Below are positions 54,319 through 64,000 of a stretch of DNA of 64,000 nucleotides, piece by piece. The notes beneath the pieces were generated by a model. It made no database searches and was not told the DNA's origin. It saw only the letters and a list, made by a program, of their open reading frames with translations. The stretch lies in assembly GCA_951406725.2 (NCBI GenBank), contig OX597816.1:164610001-164674000 (forward strand), given 5' to 3'. The first letter of the stretch is position 1. Every line of letters starts with the position of its first letter. Both the position numbers and the translations under genes were made by a program. The stretch is from Octopus vulgaris. Its lineage: Eukaryota.

Positions 54319-54721
54319 TCTTTATATATAAAAGTGAGGTTTTGTGTCTGTCTCCTACGATTTAGATTCCTAACTACTCCCACATTTTGGGGTGCAGTTT
54401 AACCAAAACCGGGTATCTTATAGTCGTGATTCATATCGAGCCCTTCTGGGTATTAGCGCGCGTCTACGATGAGTCTACGATTTAAAAAAAAGTTTACATC
54501 AATTTTTCCCATTTTTTAATGCATTTTTGGCATATATAAGGGAAGTAACTCTCTAAAAATGTATTATTAAATCTCAGAACGTAAAAAGCTACAGAAACAC
54601 CCCCCCCCCTTTGTGGTTAGCCATATTGAGATGGCTGATGACTATTATACTTTACATCTCTAAAAATGCTTATATAGTTATTTCCCTTACAAACCCGAGC
54701 AACGCCGGGCGATACTGCTAA
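54319..54721 (+). mobile_element. Non-autonomous Helitron (403 bp)
   Basis: A|TCTTTATATATAAAA start; subterminal hairpin CCCG-AGCAACGC-CGGG at 54694-54709; CTAA|T end (CTRR); inserted between A and T with no TSD. Confidence 0.82.
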
Positions 54722-55037
54722 TAACTTATAAAACCTGCTCTCTCTCGAAAGTTATCGTCTGTATTAAAGAAATCATTATTATTTCAAGATGGCATGACTT
54801 CTGTAAGAATATCTTATAAGTGAATATTGACTTTTAAAATGTCGCATTGACATTAAAAACTCCTCTTCATATTCATGCCGATGAATCGCTACAAGAAAAC
54901 TTTCAATGACCTCACATTTCTACATTTTATATTTTATATTTCATATTTAATATTTTACGTTTTATTATCCGTCTTAATGTTTTTTTCCCTCTCTTGTCTT
55001 CCATGTTAAATCTCAAACCTTGCACGTCGTCTTTTTT

Positions 55038-55995
<958 letters not shown>

Positions 55996-56119
55996 CTAAT
56001 AATGCGTTGTTATTAATCTGTGTTTAGTCTCAGATTTTAAACTGAATTAACAAAGCAAATATCAACAAATAAACCCGCCTTATTTCGAAACCATAAACGA
56101 GCAAAACAACATGAAAAGT

Positions 56120-56354
56120 TGTGACAACAACAACAACAATAACAACAACAGCATCAGCAGTAGCAACAACAACAAACAGCAGCAACAACAAGAACACCAG
56201 TAGCAACAACAACAACAACAAAAATATCAGCAGGAATAACAACGGCAACAACAACAACACCAAGACCAAAAGCAGCGGCAGCAGCAGCAGCAGCGGTAGC
56301 AGCAGCAGCAACAACAACAACAACAACAACAACATCAACAACAAAGCAGCAGCG

Positions 56355-56390
<36 letters not shown>

Positions 56391-56600
56391 CAACAACAAA
56401 AATATCAACAGAAGCTATAACAGCAACAGCAACAACAACAATAATACCAAATGCAGCGGCAGCAACAACAACTGCCACACAACAACAATTGTCGCAGCAA
56501 CAATGTCAGCAGCAGCCACAAAAACCACAACAGCAGCAACGACATCAACTACAACAACAACAACAACAACAACAACGGTGACGGCGACGACAGCAGCACC
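56120..56600. repeat. Cryptic (CAA/CAG)n trinucleotide array
   Basis: Directly visible. Confidence 0.92.
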
Positions 56601-56844
56601 TTGTAAGGTCATCGCAATATCTTGATGTACACACATTCACAAGCACACACACAAACAGACGCATACACACATACACACACATACACATAGACTTGTGCAT
56701 GCACACACTCACACACTCTCACATATACATACATAACAACAGTCATTCACCCTCCCCCCCCCTTCATTCATCGATACACTTATCGGTTTCTTCTTGTTCA
56801 GAACGCATCAAAGATGTTATATACGAGGATGAGTCATAGTATAT

Positions 56845-57775
<931 letters not shown>

Positions 57776-59087
57776 AATATATATATTTCACGTGATCATG
57801 TGATGGACCAGACTATTGGATGTTGTTATACATCGCTGGTCACAATGCACTTTGCATCAGTTTAGCCTTCAAATGATTCCACCCTGCTGGCTATACTACC
57901 AGGTCAGCATTCCTTCTGAATGCAGAGTTACCCATTTATAGCTGAGCGGATTGGAGTAACGTGAAACGAAGTGTTTTACTGAAGAACACAACGCACCGCC
58001 CGCTCTAGGAATCGAAACAACGCTCTAACGATCGTGAGTGCAACACGTCCAACAGATTTCGCGCCCGCGCGCACACATACAAAGCAGGCGTTTGCGTTGC
58101 AAATACCCAGTACTTTTTTTGAAAAATAATTATAAGCTACAATAGTATGTTCTCTCATGGTAACTACCGCAGTATTCCGCTTTAAATGGACATAAATATT
58201 ACCTCATGGTTATTAATTCTACTTCTGCAAGCCCTCTGGCTAGTCGCGACATCAGTTCCTGTTTTGGCGCTGTGCTTTTATATATTGCTAGCGGAATTAC
58301 ATTGCTGCTATTTCCAGCGTCCGAGTGCCCACCATTGACAAGGCCAGAAAAGGCCGAAATCACGTTATTTATTATATCTCCCTGACTTCTTATTTCATGT
58401 TACGGAATGTTTTCCGACGAACCAACGGATGAATGAATGATGCATACACAAAAAAAAACATCTCTCGTTACAGTTGTAAGAATGTAAGAATGTCGTGGTC
58501 ACCAATTGTGGAGAAATTAATGTAATTTTTGTAGATTTAAAAGCAATGATACGTTACATATAATTTTTGCTTTTATTTCTTACATGCATATAAAAATAGA
58601 CCTCTTCCGATCTTCTCCGCATAATACACTAATTACACAGCATGTACTTTTTGAACACAAATTTAAGGTGGGGCAAAAAATCAGTAGGGAATATAATACA
58701 TCTTAATTTACATTAATAATCATATCAGTTTGCGTAGATACATTTATACATAGATACTTCTAGTATTTTACAAAGTAATTTGAATAATGAGTTTCAGATT
58801 ATTCCAGGAATTTTATTGTAGTTACGTTCATATTTTAAAGTCAAAATGTTCACAAGTAGTTAATGGTCGACAGTAAATAGAAAGATTATGTATTTATAAA
58901 TTGGTAGAAGTTATCCTGTCGAGGCAATGCCATGGTTGAGGAAACTACTAACATGAAAATATGAGAGGAGACAGCATACATAAGGCTGAAGGTAAAAGTT
59001 AATGCAAATAACAGTTTTTCCTTAATTCGTCAGAGTATGTCACCCAAGCTGGAAGACTCCTTTTGCAGATTCTCTTCGATTCTAGTA

Positions 59088-59300
59088 AGGCAACGAGCTG
59101 GCAGGATCGTTAGCACGCCGGGCGAAATGCTTAGCGAGATTTCATCCATTTTTACGGTCTGAGTTCAAATGTCGCCCAGGTTGACTTTGCTGTTCATTCT
59201 CTCGAGATCGATAAAATAACCACCAGTTGGGTACTAGGTTCGATGTAAGCGACTTGCAAATCCCGAATTTGCTGGCCCATGTGCCAAAGTTTGAAACTAA
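59088..59300 (+). mobile_element. SINE family B copy
   Basis: Consensus match. Confidence 0.78.
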
Positions 59301-59717
59301 TGCCTCTTTGAGACTAATATTTGCCTTACTCGCACGTCTAAAATTGCAGAAAAATTTGACTCAGGACGCAGAGACCTTGAACAAATATACCAAGGCACCT
59401 GATTCGGTATTTTTACACACCTGATAATCTACCGTTCAACTCGTCCAGTTTATTTCAATCTCAATAGATATAATGGTGCACCAACTGTTGAGATGTTATG
59501 CACACTTAGTGTTTAAATATCTTGCTTAGATGAACTAAAATTTTAATGAGCTGGCTTATGTATGTATGTATGTATGTATGTATGTATGTATGTATGTATG
59601 TATGTATGTATGTATGTACGTACGTACGTACGTACATACGTACACACAAGAAGTCCGTCGTATATATATATATATATATATAGGTACATACATACATACG
59701 TACGTATGTATATATGT

Positions 59718-59923
59718 CATGTTGATTCGCTAGCTTCTGCACGCATTTTTTTTCTCTCCTTGTTTCTCTCCGTGTTTCTTTTCTGTGTATCTTTCTGTTG
59801 AAGAGCGTAGGCTCGAAACGTAAAAGACTTGTTTTATTTATATTCCTGAGCGCCATACCAATACAATTGTTTGTTTGTATTCCACCTGCCTTCGTCTTTT
59901 GTTTATTTTCATAAAGCTTCCCG

Positions 59924-59925
<2 letters not shown>
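59718..59925 (+). mobile_element. Family P1 Penelope-like short element with a hammerhead motif at 59790-59827
   Basis: Almost identical to 14764-14960; ends in (TA)n. Confidence 0.72.
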
Positions 59926-59963
<38 letters not shown>

Positions 59964-60377
59964 GACGGGCTTCTTTTAGTTTCGGCTACCAAATCCACTC
60001 ACAAGGCTTTGGTCGGCCCGAGGCTATAGTAGAAGACATTTGCCCAAGGTGCCACGCAGTGGGGCTGAACGTGGAACCATGTGGTTGGTAAGCAAGCTAC
60101 TTACCACACAGCCACTCCTGCGCCTATGTGCCACTCCTGTATATATGTATATATATATTGGAATATTCCTCCTCACCACTACAAACTCAATACCACTATA
60201 AAATGGTCAAAACTCGTCACACAGGAACTTAGTTTGATTTGAAAACCCCACTAGAATGGGAGAAAGCGCTAATATATGATCCAAGTTATATGATATATAA
60301 AAAATGTAATATACAAATAAATATCTGTAAATATAGCCCATCCGATTTTCTGAGTACCTCATTTCTTCTAATATATT

Positions 60378-60569
60378 CTCTTTTACTTGTTTCAGTCATT
60401 TGACTGCGGCCATGCTGGGGCACCGCCTTTAGTCGAGCAACTCGACCCCGGGACTTATTCTTTGTAAGCCCAGTACTTATTCTATCGGTCTCTTTTGCCG
60501 AACCGCTAAGTGACGGGGACGTAAACACACCAGCATCGGTTGTCAAGCAATGCTAGGGGGACAAACACA

Positions 60570-60621
<52 letters not shown>

Positions 60622-60793
60622 CATATATACGACAGGCTTCTTTCAGTTTCCGTCTACCAGATCCACTCACAAGGCATTGGTCGACCCGGGGCTATAGCAG
60701 AAGACACTTGCCCAAGATGCCACGCAGTGGGACTGGACCCGGAACCATGTGGTTGGTTAGCAAGCTACTTACCACACAGCCACTCCTGCGCCT
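60378..60793 (-). mobile_element. SINE family A, full length
   Basis: Consensus match. Confidence 0.9.
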
Positions 60794-60802
60794 ATATATA
60801 TA

Positions 60803-61109
60803 TCGGAGTAAACACATAAATGTGAAACAAGGTGGAAAAAGAGTACTCAAATACCAGTGGTAGAGTAATATGCTTTATTCAAAGCAGCAGAAAATTCAAT
60901 AAAACCTGTTACTCTGAGTTTCCCGTTGCCGTTCGTCGGACAGTTTTTGCTAGAAAAGAACCGATATGTGGATTCTATCCAGACTATTGTAAACGCTAGT
61001 CTGGATAGAATCCACATATCGGTCCCATTCTAGCAAAAACTGTCCGACGAACGGCAACGGGAAACTCAGAGTAACAGGTTTTGTTGAATTTTCTGCTGCT
61101 TTGAATAAA

Positions 61110-61110
<1 letters not shown>
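60803..61110. mobile_element. Family P3 Penelope-like element ending in a 238-bp near-perfect hairpin
   Basis: Arms 60873-60986 / 60997-61110 with a 10-nt loop; (TA)n on both sides. Confidence 0.85.
61040..61077 (+). ncRNA. Type I hammerhead ribozyme motif, U4C variant (mirror copy at 60906-60943 on the minus strand)
   Basis: CTGT CCGACGA ACG-GCAA-CGG GAAAC TCAGA GTA ACAG: stem I CTGT/ACAG, GNRA-capped short stem II, stem III ACTC/GAGT, GUA cleavage triplet. Confidence 0.65.
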
Positions 61111-61161
<51 letters not shown>

Positions 61162-62106
61162 AAGATATATATATATATACTCACACACACACATACATTT
61201 AGTTAGTATATTATGATAAGTTTATTAATATAATATGAGATAATATAATATAATATATTATAATATAATATACGTCATACACACATACACACACACATAC
61301 ACACACACATACACACATGCACACGATTCATCTAAACTGCAGTGTCATCATTACGTGGAGTTTTGCAATGATGCAGAAAAGCAAAATTTGTTTTCTCACA
61401 TTTTTCTGACACTATCAATAAACAATATATTTTAATCTCGCCATTCTCTGTCTGCTTCTTCTTATTGTTGTTGTTGTTGTTGTTGTTGATATTGTTGTGG
61501 CTGTTGTTATCGTTGATGTCGTTGTTGTTGTTGTTGTTGCCACTGTTTTGCTGCTGTTTGTCTTTCAGAAAATTACCTAACGTCATTATTAGAACGATTC
61601 TGTGACGCCGTTGCTGTTACTGTCTCTAGGATGACTCACCAAAATTGAGAATATCGACGGGAAATGCAATCTTCATTTGAAACAACAAAACAACAAAACA
61701 ACAACGAGACAATACACACACACACACACAAACACTTTCACACTTTCAGAAACACTCTCATACAAACACACACATGCACATCCACTAACTGTAAAGAGTT
61801 AATTATACAAACTGCTCCTATACTTTGCGGTATTGTCTACATCAATATCATTATTGTAGTTGCTAACCTTGAATCTAATATATTAAAATTTATACCATTT
61901 ATACAAGGGGATTATCACTGATAGCAGAGGGTTGTAAATAGTCTGATGCGGCACATTCTTGTGCCGCAAGATGTAGTTAGGAGTGGTGCGAAAAGAATAA
62001 ACATTTGTTTAAAAAGTCGTTATTTGCATTCTGAACCGCGTGATCTGAAACGACGACAGACATGCGCAGGTGTGGCTGTGTGGTGAGAAGTCTGCTGCAT
62101 GTGAGC

Positions 62107-62169
<63 letters not shown>

Positions 62170-62619
62170 TGTGTTAGTGTTTGTCCGCCACTACCACTTG
62201 ACAATCAGTGTTGGTGTGTTTACGTCCCCTTAACTTAGCGGTTCGGTAAAAAAACCGATAGAGTAAGTACCAGGCTTTGAAAAAATAAATACGTACTGGG
62301 GTCGATTCGTTCAATTAAAACTCTCCAAGGTGGTGGTTCACTATGGCCGCAGTCTAATGACTGACACAAGAAAAAGGTAAAAGATATTTGTTCTTAATAC
62401 ATTCCGGTAGATTTGAACGTAAAATAGGCTTATCGCTGGAGGATATTGGCAGGAGGGAACAAGAGACACAATAAGTCGAAACACCGGTGTCCCACAGTCC
62501 CTTGTACCAATGGGACGGATGTATTATGAACGTATTGTCGTCGTAAAGAGGAATTGTTCTGTGATGTGCACAACTGCTATGACCACATTTTCTGCTCGTA
62601 TCTGCCGTAGTTTGAATTT

Positions 62620-63010
62620 AGTTTTTGTGACAAGATCAACAATTTCGGGAAAGGGTAAGTCAATTACATCGACCCCACTGTTCAACTGGTACTTATTTTA
62701 TTGATCCTTGAAAGATGAAAGGCAGAGTCGACTTCGGCGGACTTTGAACTCAGAACGTAAAGACAGGCAAAATGCCTATTTCTTTACAACCCACAAGAGG
62801 CTAAACACAGAGGGGACAAACAAGAACAGACGAACGGATTAAGTCGATTACATCGACCCCAGTGCGTAACTGGTACTTAATTTCTCGATCCCGAAAGGAT
62901 GAAAGGCAAAGTCGACCTCGGCGGAATTTGAACTCGGAACGTAGCGGCAGACGAAATACCGCTAAGCATTTCACCTGGCATGCTAACAATTCCGCCAGAT
63001 CGCTGCCTTA
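62620..63010 (-). mobile_element. SINE B dimer (long-tail copy joined to a headless short-tail copy)
   Basis: Junction ...aaatgcc|tatttctttac at ~62777. Confidence 0.82.
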
Positions 63011-63039
63011 ATTTTTCCACATATCAAGAATAAAAATGG

Positions 63040-63305
63040 AACCGCTAAGTTACAGGGACGTAAATACACCAGCATCAGTTGTCAAGTGATGTTGAGATTG
63101 GGACAAACAGAGACAGAGAGACACACACACAGATACACACATATATACGATGGGCTTCTTTCAGTTTTCGTCTAGCAAATCCACTCACAAAGTTTTGGTC
63201 GATGCTATAGTAGAAGATACTTACCCAAGGTGCCACGTAGCAGGACTGAACCCAGAACCATGTGGTTGGTAAGCAAGCTACTTACCACACACCCACGCCT
63301 GCGTC
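63040..63305 (-). mobile_element. SINE family A, 5' two-thirds
   Basis: Consensus match. Confidence 0.8.
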
Positions 63306-64000
63306 TATGAATAACTTATTTTAAATTTTCTGTAATTTAGGCAATTTATGTGAATGTGCGTGGCCTAGTGGTTAAGGTGTTGCACAGATGATCGGTAGAT
63401 TGCAGTTTCGATCCTCGTGTGCGGTGGGGCATTACGTTCTTGAATAAAACACTTCATTTCACATTGTACCAGTCAATTCAGCGTTAAATGGATAAGCCCG
63501 CAACAGACTCGTCCCGTTCGTGAATTTTTTTCCAAGAGAGTTCCGGACCCCAGTTATGAACTCATTTGCATACAGCCAATCATAGCTTAACTATCAAACT
63601 AATTTATGAGCGCATTGCAAGTGTTGGGCGATAAGATAAGCTCACTTGGTTAAGGAATGACCATGCTTCTTTTCTCTCTTAACAATGCTTTTTGATCTTG
63701 TTCTTGTTTCAATCATGGCTGTCTCTGTGTAGTTATTTGTGTTGTTGTTTACTTTGTAAAGCGTAAAGGGGAAAAGGTTGCTAGCACATTACCCTCTACC
63801 CACATTTTTCCCGTCCACATTTTTACCACATGGGGCCCTAACAAAATGCAATAATAGGTATAGATGCAAATCTATTTAATTACTTGTCTCCAAAAATTAG
63901 GCATAACTTGGCGATCGGTCGACTTACAAAAGCATTCTTCGTCTTGAATTTACCTGGTAGAGTGTGTTTGTTAACTTGACAACAAGGTCAAGGTGAGCTC

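Noticed and set aside
56121-56600. Possible polyQ/polyN/polyT coding exon
   Set aside because: Frame-breaking interruptions, stops and no flanking non-repetitive coding signal or convincing splice sites.

Overview
Eukaryotic, AT-rich, extremely microsatellite- and SINE-dense DNA, most consistent with a coleoid cephalopod (octopus-type) genome; the organism is inferred from the repeat landscape, not proven. There is one convincing protein-coding gene: an ARL4-family small GTPase with an uninterrupted CDS (8160-8738, minus strand), in a ~3.6 kb island free of interspersed repeats. Its switch-II catalytic glutamine is replaced by arginine (DVGGR; codon CGG). The rest of the window is a nested transposon landscape: three tRNA-type SINE families (dozens of copies), a full-length but decayed pogo-superfamily DD35D transposon with TIRs and TA TSD, several MITEs, a non-autonomous Helitron, a CR1 3' fragment, at least six R4/Dong-clade fragments that all sit in or near microsatellites, several short Penelope-like elements in (TA)n that carry minimal hammerhead-ribozyme motifs (some as long perfect hairpins), and a 1.45-kb tandem duplication. 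Almost all ORFs in the supplied track are microsatellite or SINE artefacts.
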